A DNA stretch of 20,000 nt from an uncultured virus (IMG/VR IMGVR_UViG_3300024999_000085) (IMGVR_UViG_3300024999_000085); one strand, 5' to 3'. Positions 1 to 8,801 are shown, counted from the stretch's first letter. Numbers and translations are program-made. Notes: generated by a model not told the origin, from the sequence alone.

Positions 1-258
1 AACCTTCCCAACCTCAATTAATTTCCACATACTACCAATTATCTAGCAAAATAAATAATTACTATATCCAATTATTTTATAATTTTGATGATTTTTTATC
101 TAATTATTGCTGTAGGAGGCTTTTTGGTAGTGTAGGAAATTGAGAGGTAGTAAGGGGAAGGGAATTAGGTTTTTTGTTGGTGTATGGGGATTGTGTGGAG
201 TTGTGGAGGGATTGAGGAAGGGAATAAATTTTGTTGGAGGAATAGAAGGGAAAAGGAC

Positions 259-286
259 AAAAAATAAACCCTCTTGTTAGAAGGTT
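259..286 (-). terminator. Intrinsic terminator after ORF 287-721
   Basis: Minus strand reads AAACCTTCT-AACA-AGAGGGTTT followed by ATTTTTT, immediately after the stop codon. Confidence 0.7.
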
Positions 287-721
287 TTAAGCGGTTATTT
301 TATCATCCTTATTAACAAAATCCCATAATCCCTTTTCTACTACGATCCAAGCTGGGATATACTTTTTATCATCCTGTCTAATTATTAGGCTGTCTGCAAT
401 CCATTCTACATATTCTCTGTAGCCAGATCCATGTAAATGATTAGTTCCGGTAATAAAACCTATTGCCTTTTCGGTTACTCTATCACATTTAGCAACTAAA
501 GCATAATAGGCTTTTTTAGTAGCTTTTCTGGTCTTAGTAGTTTTTTTAATTTTATACCCTTCAACAAGTGCTCTAGCTTCTCCCTGACTGATTTTATCAA
601 ATTCTTCTACTGGTATTAATTCGCATTTATCGGCCATACGGTTATAATATTCTCTGTCTTCTCCGTCAGATTCATCAGCAAATTTTAAAAACTTTTGCTT
701 GATTAATTCCTTAGATGCCAT
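287..721 (-). CDS. Hypothetical phage protein, 144 aa
   Basis: Open frame with AAGGAGG RBS, its own promoter and a terminator. No family recognised. Confidence 0.8.
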   Translation of the reverse strand: MASKELIKQKFLKFADESDGEDREYYNRMADKCELIPVEEFDKISQGEARALVEGYKIKKTTKTRKATKKAYYALVAKCDRVTEKAIGFITGTNHLHGSGYREYVEWIADSLIIRQDDKKYIPAWIVVEKGLWDFVNKDDKITA

Positions 722-767
722 TTGTAAAACCTCCTTATTAACTTAAAAATATGTATACCTTCTATAT

Positions 768-796
768 ATAATAGCAAAATTAAGGCTGAATAGCAA
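768..796 (-). promoter_or_regulatory. Sigma-A-type promoter for ORF 287-721
   Basis: Minus strand TTGCTA-17 bp-TATTAT with an extended -10 TG. Confidence 0.6.
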
Positions 797-855
797 TAGT
801 ATTTTGATAGATTATTATATTTATTTTTCTTGGTGTTTAAGGTATTTGAGCAAAG

Positions 856-880
856 AAAAAACACCTTTTAACAGGTGTTT
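856..880 (-). terminator. Intrinsic terminator after ORF 879-1040
   Basis: Minus strand AAACACCT-GTTAAA-AGGTGTTT followed by a T-rich tail. Confidence 0.65.
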
Positions 881-1040
881 AATATTCACTAATTTTTATT
901 TCTACATTGTGTAAGTCTGCACATGGCCTATAAGATTGAATTCTTTTTAATACGTTGTCAATATTGTTCGCTCTTCTTTTGCTCATAAAAAATGTCAATT
1001 CACATTTCGGCACTTGGATTTTAACTTTTTCAATTTTCAT
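879..1040 (-). CDS. Small hypothetical protein, 53 aa (not in the ORF track)
   Basis: Hand translation MKIEKVKIQVPKCELTFFMSKRRANNIDNVLKRIQSYRPCADLHNVEIKISEY*. AAAGGTGG RBS upstream and a terminator overlapping the stop. Confidence 0.65.
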   Translation of the reverse strand: MKIEKVKIQVPKCELTFFMSKRRANNIDNVLKRIQSYRPCADLHNVEIKISEY

Positions 1041-1253
1041 TTGAGCAACCACCTTTTTAATTAATTTAGTTTTTATTATTTTACTACTTTATAGTATTCT
1101 ACATGGAAAAGAAAAATCCTTTTTTATTTAGAAATTATTTTTAAATTTTATGAATAATTTTAAAGGATTATTTGTTCGGATACATTCAAAGCAACAAAGT
1201 AAAATAAAAAGTTAACATTTGTTTACTATATATCGTGTTTTCTCGATATTGTA

Positions 1254-1297
1254 ATATTGAATTATTGTAATATATCAATATTACAATAATTCAATAT
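1254..1297. repeat. Perfect 20-bp inverted repeat with 4-nt loop
   Basis: ATATTGAATTATTGTAATAT-ATCA-ATATTACAATAATTCAATAT. Confidence 0.9.
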
Positions 1298-1410
1298 ACA
1301 TTTATTACCTACTATTAATTCATCAATTCCCTACATAATTTCATAACTATAATTTATGATTATTTCCGGTAATATCCATATTGATATGATGTTGAAATGA
1401 AAAGTATAAT

Positions 1411-1989
1411 GGTAACATGATACTAAATAACGCTGAGACAGAGTATAAATATAATAATTTTAGGGTCAATGTAGGCTAAAATTGATGTGAATTATACATT
1501 TATGCATGTATAATAGAGTGAATATGTATAATTATACTGAATATTGGTAGGAATTGGAATGAGTGTGACTTGTACCTATGATTATATAAGGGTTTTTTAT
1601 GTGTCGTCAGAATGCCCATGAATGGCTGTATAAAATATTCAGTGTGTATTTGTACCTTGAGGAAATAGAGGAAGGATTGAGGTAAATTGATGATTAGAGA
1701 AGGAGAAATTGAGGAATGAATGGATTGGTGATATTTGGATGATACCAAGATGATGTTAAATTTTTAGTGGTGGATGGTAGCATGATAAGTAATAGGTTGG
1801 TAGCATAAACGGTATCATGATGTTAATATTAATGGTAACAAGATATTTTGTTGCTACTATTATTTATGGTAATATAATAGGTAACATACTGGTAATAGAA
1901 AAATATATTAATATTAATATAGACATTTTTACTGCGGTAGCAAGTAAAAATTCAAAGGTTGTCGACTAGACTATATTTAATGGTAACAA
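1411..1989 (+). repeat. Cluster 1 of same-orientation GGTARCAW-like octamers
   Basis: Copies at 1411, 1776, 1799, 1811, 1834, 1868, 1880, 1891, 1936 and 1982 (GGTAACAT, GGTAGCAT, GGTATCAT, GGTAACAA variants). Confidence 0.65.
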
Positions 1990-2135
1990 TGAGAAAAGAA
2001 AAATAAAAAAGTTGAACATTTAAACGGCATATAAAGTCGGATATTTTACTAGTAGAAATTTATCATAGTGTGATAGCATGAGCCGTATTATATATTTATA
2101 TATCCTTATAAATGTTCAATTTTTATTTTACTAAT

Positions 2136-3173
2136 TTATATTTTTAACAATGTTCCTGATAGTTCAAATTGTGCATCTAAATAGGTATCATCTAACTTAA
2201 AAAACTTTTTCAATGCTAAACTATTTGCTACTCCTAATATACTTTTTAAATACTCTTCAACTTGCTCATTATAATTATTTATACTCTTATCTAAATTATA
2301 TCTTGCTTGCTCATTTACAGCAGTTATTATTTTATCATTTAGTAAATACTTTTGCATGGTTAACTCAGCTTGCTCTAGTGCTTCAATGATATATTTATGA
2401 GTGAATAATATTTTTATATCAGTGTAAACATAGTTAATATTATAATACTCTTTTAATAGATCATTTACCCTATTATAAAAGTCTTCATGCTTAAATTTTA
2501 GGTGTACTAATGTAATACTATCTATATTCATTTCATTAAGAACAATCTTTTTAATATTATCTATGTTTTTCTTTTCTTCAATGGTAGCAATCCTGGTAAC
2601 AGTATATAATATTTTACTATCTATTGCTACTTCTGAAATGTTAATTATGGTTAGTTCTTCATAGTCAATCATACACCTATTTTTTAGATTCCTAAGAGTA
2701 TCAAATATTATTTTTCTTAGCTTTTGATAGGTGCGTTGGTAGAAATGATTAATCTGGTAATCTGTGATATATTCATTACTCTTTTTTAGTTTTTCTTTAT
2801 CCTCTTTTATATATTCATTATTTATCATACCCATTAATAGATATAACTTTTTTAATGTTAATGTAGCTTTATATCCTGGTTGTTTTAACAAATAATCTAG
2901 TAATAATAATTCAATATGTTGAACATAGATAGAATTATTACCAAGTGATCTTTTATCATCATTTTTCATTGGTTCATCGTACACTTCTATTATAATATAT
3001 TTCTGTTTATCCTTTTCAAAATTAAAGTATCTGAGCCAGTTCTTTTCCTGTGCTTTTTTACTATTACCTGTTTTTACTTCTTCATTAAGTAAAATACACA
3101 TTAATTTATAATTTTTTACTGTTAAGCCTACATATAAACTATTTTTAACTATATTATATAATTTATCATTCAA
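2136..3173 (-). CDS. Conserved-looking phage hypothetical protein, possibly DNA-binding or replication-related, 345 aa
   Basis: Long ORF coupled to the upstream gene by an ATGA overlap. The N-terminal KNYKxMCxLLxEExKTGNSKKAQ motif resembles proteins I recall from Bacillota phages. Function is inferred only. Confidence 0.75.
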   Translation of the reverse strand: MNDKLYNIVKNSLYVGLTVKNYKLMCILLNEEVKTGNSKKAQEKNWLRYFNFEKDKQKYIIIEVYDEPMKNDDKRSLGNNSIYVQHIELLLLDYLLKQPGYKATLTLKKLYLLMGMINNEYIKEDKEKLKKSNEYITDYQINHFYQRTYQKLRKIIFDTLRNLKNRCMIDYEELTIINISEVAIDSKILYTVTRIATIEEKKNIDNIKKIVLNEMNIDSITLVHLKFKHEDFYNRVNDLLKEYYNINYVYTDIKILFTHKYIIEALEQAELTMQKYLLNDKIITAVNEQARYNLDKSINNYNEQVEEYLKSILGVANSLALKKFFKLDDTYLDAQFELSGTLLKI

Positions 3174-3475
3174 TAATTATTTTCTCCTTTTCTTATTTTT
3201 ACATTTCTTTTTTTTGCTTGTTCTTCTTGTCTCTGTCTATCGAATGCATCAATCATATTACAGATACCTTGATAATAAATTTCTAAAACTAATTTATCTT
3301 TTGTGGTCTCTATAACTGTCATAGGTTCATTATCTCCCATATATTGCAATAAATGGAAAAATACTTCGTCAACTGGCTTACCATTTTTCATTTTATAGGG
3401 TATTTGTAAACTTTCTCCTTTTTCATCTCTTACAGTTTTTAATATCTCGATAAATTGTTTTGGTGCATTTTTCAT
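3170..3475 (-). CDS. Hypothetical protein, 101 aa
   Basis: AAAGGAG RBS and a 4-bp overlap with the next gene. Confidence 0.8.
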   Translation of the reverse strand: MKNAPKQFIEILKTVRDEKGESLQIPYKMKNGKPVDEVFFHLLQYMGDNEPMTVIETTKDKLVLEIYYQGICNMIDAFDRQRQEEQAKKRNVKIRKGENNY

Positions 3476-3699
3476 AATAAGTTATCTCCTTTTAATTTTA
3501 AATTTAGTTTAATTGATTAGATTATTATTTTCTTTCTCCTACATATTATTTATACAATTCTTACATTAAAACTATTGACATTTAGCAAAATATTTATATC
3601 TATTTTTCTGCCCTCCTTTCTGATTTAATTTTTTGATTTGTTGTTGATGAATTGATAGATTTTTGATAGATTGTATATATAATAGTGTCGGTAAACTTT

Positions 3700-3728
3700 A
3701 TTATAACATTTATGAGGTGGAATGTAAA
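3700..3728 (-). promoter_or_regulatory. Sigma-A promoter for the 3475/3173 gene pair
   Basis: Minus strand TTTACA-17 bp-TATAAT with an extended -10 TG. Confidence 0.7.
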
Positions 3729-3852
3729 GAGTTATTTTGTGGGAATTTATGGTAGTTTGGATTATGGGTTGCTGTTATGGGATTATATGGAAGGTGGTTT
3801 TTGGTGATCTGTTATAGAGGATTTGGATATATTTAGGGATTTAAAAATGGAC

Positions 3853-3885
3853 AAAAAATAAAGAGTAGCTTTTACACTACTCTTA
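3853..3885 (-). terminator. Intrinsic terminator overlapping the end of ORF 3872-4342
   Basis: Minus strand AAGAGTAG-TGTAAAAG-CTACTCTT followed by TATTTTTT. The tail TTTATTTTTTGTCC is the same as at the 259-286 terminator. Confidence 0.7.
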
Positions 3886-4342
3886 TTAATTCCCATTGTT
3901 TGGCTATCTCAGGATTAAGTATAATATCTGTTATTACCATATTACCGTTATCAGTATAAATATGGATATTTTTAGTATTAATTTGTATATGCCTTTTATT
4001 GGTGGAATAGTAAAGTTCTGGATATGTTTTCCCTGGTATAGTTTTAATCAATGTACCATTTTCCATTGCTTCACATGAGGCTATAAGCTCATAACCAGCA
4101 ATTATTGGAGATATACCAGATAATTTAATTTGGTGGTAAGTTGTTGTTATGTCATGGTAAAAATAGTAATCATTCATGTCCTGGGAATTTGATACTGGGG
4201 TTTTTTCAAAAGTACTAATAGTTTCTAGTGTTATTGGAGCACAATTTAATTTTAAGGCTTTACGGTTAAGTTTTTTGATTTTTTGCTCTAAGGTTTCAAG
4301 GTTACAAGCTGGTATTTCAAAAGTATTGGTTATTTGTTCCAT
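3872..4342 (-). CDS. Hypothetical phage protein, 156 aa, possibly C-terminally truncated
   Basis: AAGGAGG RBS. The N-terminus FEIPxxNLExLExKIKKLNRKAxKL resembles a longer phage protein family as I recall it. Confidence 0.75.
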   Translation of the reverse strand: MEQITNTFEIPACNLETLEQKIKKLNRKALKLNCAPITLETISTFEKTPVSNSQDMNDYYFYHDITTTYHQIKLSGISPIIAGYELIASCEAMENGTLIKTIPGKTYPELYYSTNKRHIQINTKNIHIYTDNGNMVITDIILNPEIAKQWELIRVV

Positions 4343-4496
4343 TTGGTTAACCTCCTTATATTTGGTTGATATTGTTATATTATGTAAAAATACCTTTAGA
4401 TTACATATTGCCGGGTGATTGGTGGTGAGTTGTTATAGGGATTTTTGGCAATATGCAAATTAAAGATATCTCTGTAAAAGTGAGAATTAATTATAT

Positions 4497-5657
4497 TTAA
4501 TCTGTTATAATTTTTCTTATTTTGGAATACTCAATAAATTCAGTATAACCTTTTTCTGAGGCTATTTCAACTAAGTTATTCCAAGTTAATTTTAATGTAT
4601 CTTGTAAACTAATGGTAGGTATCAACTCAGTAAGTAAATGTGTAAATTGTAAAGATGCTTTGAAAGTTTCAATTTTTAACGTACCGCGAAAAATTCTAAT
4701 TTCTACAGTATCATCATTTTTTAAGTTAACGGCAAAATATCGGCCCTCAGCCTTAGCCTTTTTACAGATCTCAGCAGGTTCTTCCTCTGTTGATAAATTG
4801 TTATAACGGTTACAATATTCTACAATTTGACTATTTTTTCTTCTGGAAAACTTTTTAATGTTATCCCAATTAGTCTCAAAAAATAATAATAGTTTAGCAA
4901 TATTTAAATCCTGCTCATGTTCTGATTTGCCAAAAGCTAACTTGCTAATGTGTATATGCATCCCACAAGTGCCTAAGTCATGGCTAGAATAGCCTTTTGT
5001 ATCGCATTCATCCAATATATATTGCCATCCCATATTTTTCATATGGTAAGAATATGTACAAGGATGACTAACTAATTCCATACCGCGCTTAATTGAACCA
5101 TCTTTTTTAATGTAAAGGTATTTTTCATACTCGGTAAGGTCAGTCCCGTTGGCTTGATCATGAATTTCTAAAGCATGATCTTCCTTAGATTCATAACAAT
5201 CACGTTCCTGTTCTTCTGTTCTGTCAATTTCTAACTCTATTCCATAATATGTATTTGTTACTTCATTAGTCATAGAATGGAAATTTAAGGTTTCTGGTGT
5301 ATATTTATAGTCGTGAATAAAGGTTAGATTATTTTTAATGTCATTTTGACAACTACAACAAACTGGTTCATTCTGCCATATTTCAGTGTTATCACGTTCT
5401 ACAATATTTTCGCATTCGGAACAAATTATTAAATCTAATTCCTCAATGCAGTTATGACAAGCATAATTATTATGTCCTTCTGTTATATTACTTTCGTGAT
5501 ACTCAGTATTACAAAAACTACAAGTTTTAATTTCCTGTGCGCACTCATCGCAATAATATTCATCCTCTGTAAAATTTCCATCTCGTTGGTACATATTGTC
5601 AGATATATCAGTAAAACCACAATGGAAACAACTTACTAATTCTTCCTGTTCTGGCAT
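4497..5657 (-). CDS. Putative amidoligase (COOH-NH2 ligase, Amidoligase_2-like) with N-terminal multi-CxxC zinc-binding region
   Basis: Motifs YGIELEID, KKDGSI..GMELVSHP, TCGMHIHIS, RYFAVN and TVEIRIFRGTL. Six CxxC pairs in the first ~105 aa. AAGGAGG RBS. Confidence 0.88.
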   Translation of the reverse strand: MPEQEELVSCFHCGFTDISDNMYQRDGNFTEDEYYCDECAQEIKTCSFCNTEYHESNITEGHNNYACHNCIEELDLIICSECENIVERDNTEIWQNEPVCCSCQNDIKNNLTFIHDYKYTPETLNFHSMTNEVTNTYYGIELEIDRTEEQERDCYESKEDHALEIHDQANGTDLTEYEKYLYIKKDGSIKRGMELVSHPCTYSYHMKNMGWQYILDECDTKGYSSHDLGTCGMHIHISKLAFGKSEHEQDLNIAKLLLFFETNWDNIKKFSRRKNSQIVEYCNRYNNLSTEEEPAEICKKAKAEGRYFAVNLKNDDTVEIRIFRGTLKIETFKASLQFTHLLTELIPTISLQDTLKLTWNNLVEIASEKGYTEFIEYSKIRKIITD

Positions 5658-5720
5658 TGTAAAACCTCCTTCTTGTTATATTTATAATTTGTAGTATGTT
5701 TAAAAATTATGCAAAAAATT

Positions 5721-5805
5721 AAAACTTCTTATAAAATCCTTCTTTTGTTATATGTTGTTTGTTGGGAGTGTTAAGAAGGACTTTATAAGAGGTTTTTAGC
5801 CTCTT
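5721..5805 (-). promoter_or_regulatory. Intergenic long hairpin 1 (RNase III-like processing stem)
   Basis: 24-bp arms at 5721-5744 and 5773-5796. On the minus-strand RNA they pair with one C-A mismatch and one G-U pair. Confidence 0.7.
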
Positions 5806-5810
5806 AATAG

Positions 5811-5999
5811 TTATAAGCTAGTTTTGCAATATTTACAATTAATATCTTTTTCAGTATGCCACATTCCACAATTTGGGCAAAATACTACTTTTTTGTAGCA
5901 ATCTCCACAAATGATATTATTTGTATAAGGTGACTCTGCAATCAAACTGTCAATATCGCGCTCATTATTGCATTTAGGACAGATAAAAAATTTTTCCAT
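5811..5999 (-). CDS. Small zinc-ribbon protein, 62 aa
   Basis: Four CxxC motifs (CPKC, CGDC, CPNC, CKYC) and AAAGGAG RBS. Confidence 0.8.
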   Translation of the reverse strand: MEKFFICPKCNNERDIDSLIAESPYTNNIICGDCYKKVVFCPNCGMWHTEKDINCKYCKTSL

Positions 6000-6039
6000 T
6001 TATATGCATCTCCTTTTTATAGTTTTATTATATTATAGG

Positions 6040-6107
6040 TTAAACCTCTTGTAAAACACCTGTTATTCTTATAGATGCTTTACAAGGGATTTAATTTAAT
6101 ACCCTTG
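6040..6107 (-). promoter_or_regulatory. Intergenic long hairpin 2 (RNase III-like processing stem)
   Basis: Arms at 6042-6061 and 6073-6092. The minus-strand RNA pairs with one C-A mismatch and three G-U pairs. Confidence 0.7.
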
Positions 6108-6124
6108 TTTTGGTTGGTGTTATG

Positions 6125-6451
6125 CTATTTATAATATTTTGTAGGCTCAGTACTATAATAATATATATGCCATTTTTTATACATTTCATTGCTCATGTCC
6201 TTAAGTTTAAAATTGTTAGGATAAGAGTAAGGAACAAATAAACCAAATTTAATATAATCTTCATTTGTTAAATAATACTGTCTTTTCTTATACTTAATAT
6301 AGCGTGAATCAGCTACGCCACCAGTATCACTTTTTTCTTCAGTCCATATTTTGCACTTTTGACCTTTTATTGTTGCGTGAGTGTCTGTTAGGTTATCAAG
6401 TTCAATGCTTGCATCTTCCTTGTGATATATGCTTTTGTGTGAGAATGCCAT
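6125..6451 (-). CDS. Hypothetical protein, 108 aa
   Basis: AGGAGGT RBS and co-orientation with its neighbours. Confidence 0.8.
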   Translation of the reverse strand: MAFSHKSIYHKEDASIELDNLTDTHATIKGQKCKIWTEEKSDTGGVADSRYIKYKKRQYYLTNEDYIKFGLFVPYSYPNNFKLKDMSNEMYKKWHIYYYSTEPTKYYK

Positions 6452-6484
6452 AATGTTACCTCCTGTTATGTAATTGTTATATGG

Positions 6485-6566
6485 TTAAATCCTTTATAAA
6501 ATCCCTGTTATCAAGTGTTATACTGTTATTACTATTCAGGGACTTTATAAGGGATTTGATACCCTT
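6485..6566 (-). promoter_or_regulatory. Intergenic long hairpin 3 (RNase III-like processing stem)
   Basis: Arms at 6487-6507 and 6537-6557. The minus-strand RNA pairs with one C-A mismatch and one G-U pair. Confidence 0.7.
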
Positions 6567-6568
6567 AT

Positions 6569-6892
6569 TTACTGCCATATTCCTTCTACTGCTTCTTGAA
6601 TCAACTCTTTAGCTGCTTTTAAGGTTTTTACTTCACCCATGATTACTTTATAACTACTATAAATACAATCTAGTGAAATTATACCGTATTCCTGTACATA
6701 ATCGTTAGCTCTTTTATACATCATGGGAATGTATTTATTATTTTGTTTTAAAATGATATACTCAGGTACTTCTATGTTAAAAACTTCATCCCCTATTACG
6801 CATACTTCACGAACAATTATTTTAGTGTTACTAGTATATGTTATTCCAAAGGTTAAAGGTTGTTTAGTCATTGTTACTGTCGTTTTGGTCAT
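6569..6892 (-). CDS. Hypothetical protein, 107 aa; first gene of the leftward block
   Basis: AGGAGGT RBS with a promoter directly upstream. Confidence 0.8.
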   Translation of the reverse strand: MTKTTVTMTKQPLTFGITYTSNTKIIVREVCVIGDEVFNIEVPEYIILKQNNKYIPMMYKRANDYVQEYGIISLDCIYSSYKVIMGEVKTLKAAKELIQEAVEGIWQ

Positions 6893-6937
6893 TGTGTTGA
6901 CCTCCTATTAAAATTATATAGATCTTCCCTTCCCTAA

Positions 6938-6966
6938 AGTATAACAGAATGTAGATTGATTGTATA
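6938..6966 (-). promoter_or_regulatory. Sigma-A-type promoter heading the 6892-3872 operon
   Basis: Minus strand TATACA-17 bp-TATACT with an extended -10 TG. Confidence 0.55.
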
Positions 6967-7389
6967 TAGATTTTAGGTAAATATTTTAAGAAAATTATAT
7001 TTATTTTCTATTAGTTGTATCGTGTTAATTAGTGCTGAATAGGTTTATATATTGTTAGGATTGGATTTAAGGGTAGTTTGTTTGATTTAGGTATTAGATT
7101 ACCTATTTTATTTTTAAAGTGTTTATGTGGGGTTTATATGAAGGTGTACTAGTTTATTAATACAGTGTGTCAGTGATGGTGTAAATAAGTATATGATAGT
7201 TTAATAATATTGTTTTAATTGGATTGGTGTATAAATTGCAGGAATAGGCTTTATTCGTGTTAGGATTAGATATAAGATGTTTTATTATGATTTAGGTATA
7301 ATATGAAGTGTTAGAGATGAATTAAGATTGTTTGGTATTTGATTATGTGTTTATGTATTGGGTATCTAGTAGCAAGGAATAAATATAGT

Positions 7390-7594
7390 GGTAATAGGTT
7401 GGTATTGTGTATTGATAATATAGATAGTATATCAGATAGCATATAGGTATTATATATTTAGTAGTATGATATGTTAAAAGTGGTAACAAGGTTAGTAATA
7501 TTGTTAGTAGTATTGTGGTAATATGATACTGATATAAACGGTAGCATAGTATGGTAGCATAGAAGTAATATTATATAGTGTGATATGGTAGCAT
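7390..7594 (+). repeat. Cluster 2 of GGTARCAW-like octamers
   Basis: GGTAGCAT at 7540, 7553 and 7587, GGTAACAA at 7482, GGTAATAT at 7517. Shares ATAAACGGTA(G/T)CAT with cluster 1. Confidence 0.65.
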
Positions 7595-7717
7595 TGTATA
7601 GTATATAGTATATGTATATAGATAGTATAGCTTTGTTTGGAGTGTTGTATAGTTGTTAGTGTATTTATATGTGTTAGTGATGCTTAGTGTTAGCTGTAGC
7701 TGTGGTGGTATGTATAG

Positions 7718-7765
7718 ATAGATTGTATAGAGGTTATAGAGGTTATAGATTGTATAGAGGTTATA
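7718..7765 (+). repeat. 21-bp direct repeat
   Basis: ATAGATTGTATAGAGGTTATA at 7718-7738 and 7745-7765. Confidence 0.85.
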
Positions 7766-8169
7766 TTATAGGTGTATTAGGTAGATAGTACACTTATAAA
7801 TATGTGGTGTATAGTGTTAGATAGTATAGATATAGATATTATAGATATATTGCTAGTATGTTTATGTATTTTATAGATAGTATTATAATTTGTTTATGGT
7901 ATTGGTATTATTTTATATGTGGTTTGTAATCCCAATTTTGATGTATAATTTATATGTAAAGTGGGGAGTTGATGGTTAAATTGTGAGGAATTTAGGGTTA
8001 AAGTGGGGAAAATATCTATATCGTAATATTGAGATATATGGATATATAGATATATAGATAAGAAATGTTCTTTGTTAGGAAATTTTACTAGATAGGAATG
8101 ATTCTTATTTAGGATTTATTCTTAGGTGTGATTTATTATTATTTAATATGGCTGGTTGATGGTTGGTTA

Positions 8170-8350
8170 GATAGTTAATATGATTAATAGTTAAGCAGGT
8201 TAATAGTTAACTATGTAAAGTATTTTTTTAAAGTAGATAGTTTGATTATACAATATAGTTAAGTATGTTAATTGTTTAAATAGTTAATTATTAAGTAGGT
8301 AAATAGTTAAGGTAATAAATAGTTAAGTAGGTTAAGTATATTAATAGTTC
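8170..8350 (+). repeat. Array of ATAGTTAA motifs (operator-like)
   Basis: About seven ATAGTTAA copies, several forming imperfect palindromes such as ATAGTTAAGTAGGTTAAGTAT and ATAGTTAACTATGTAAAGTAT. Confidence 0.7.
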
Positions 8351-8398
8351 AACAAAAAATTTCTTGTTATAACTTTCGATGGACTGACAAGGCAAAAT

Positions 8399-8413
8399 AC
8401 TTGACAGTCAAGT
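8399..8413. promoter_or_regulatory. Perfect 7-1-7 palindrome abutting parS
   Basis: ACTTGAC-A-GTCAAGT. Cognate protein unknown. Confidence 0.6.
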
Positions 8414-8428
8414 GTTCCACGTGGAACA
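8413..8428. promoter_or_regulatory. parS: parS site (ParB/Spo0J binding)
   Basis: Perfect palindrome TGTTCCACGTGGAACA matching the bacterial chromosomal parS consensus. Two tandem half-site-like TGTTCCACA copies follow at 8449-8466. Confidence 0.9.
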
Positions 8429-8801
8429 TAAAAATTATAATTATAGTTTGTTCCACATGTTCCACAGGTTTTATATTTTTCTATAGGTACGATAAATTTT
8501 ATTAATCCGGTGGTCATAGCTTCACCTGTGGCGATACATCTATAGTTTATAGTTTACCTATACTATCTATTCATCTATCAAAATAATCCGATATATAACC
8601 TCTATTCTATTTCTTAGGTTATATTATACCTAATTAAATTTTACTCTTCAAATAGAGGCTATATTTCAATCAAAATTTAGCGTTCTAATTGAGCTTTAAT
8701 ATGTTTAATTAATTAACACCAGTCAAACAGACTATTCACCTACACATCATACACAACAAACAACCTAACAATTCCCTATAATACCACAATTTACCATAAT
8801 A

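Noticed and set aside
1500..1748. 82-aa minus-strand ORF
   Set aside because: No RBS, composition reflects local skew (H/I/S/P-rich), and it lies in a repeat-rich intergenic segment.
5721..6566. Integron attC cassette array
   Set aside because: The hairpins have no RYYYAAC/GTTRRRY ends or extrahelical bases, their mismatches behave as RNA G-U pairs, and the recombinase is too short to hold the IntI-specific insertion.
3896..6911. Plus-strand ORFs at 3896, 4176, 4612, 5454 and 6723
   Set aside because: Antisense shadows of well-supported minus-strand genes, with no RBS.
8060..8073. LexA (GAAC-N4-GTTC) box in the binding-site array
   Set aside because: Only one half site (ATGTTCT) matches.
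6970..8350. CRISPR array or structured ncRNA in the long non-coding region
   Set aside because: No constant repeat with regular unique spacers, and the near absence of C on one strand leaves little pairing potential.
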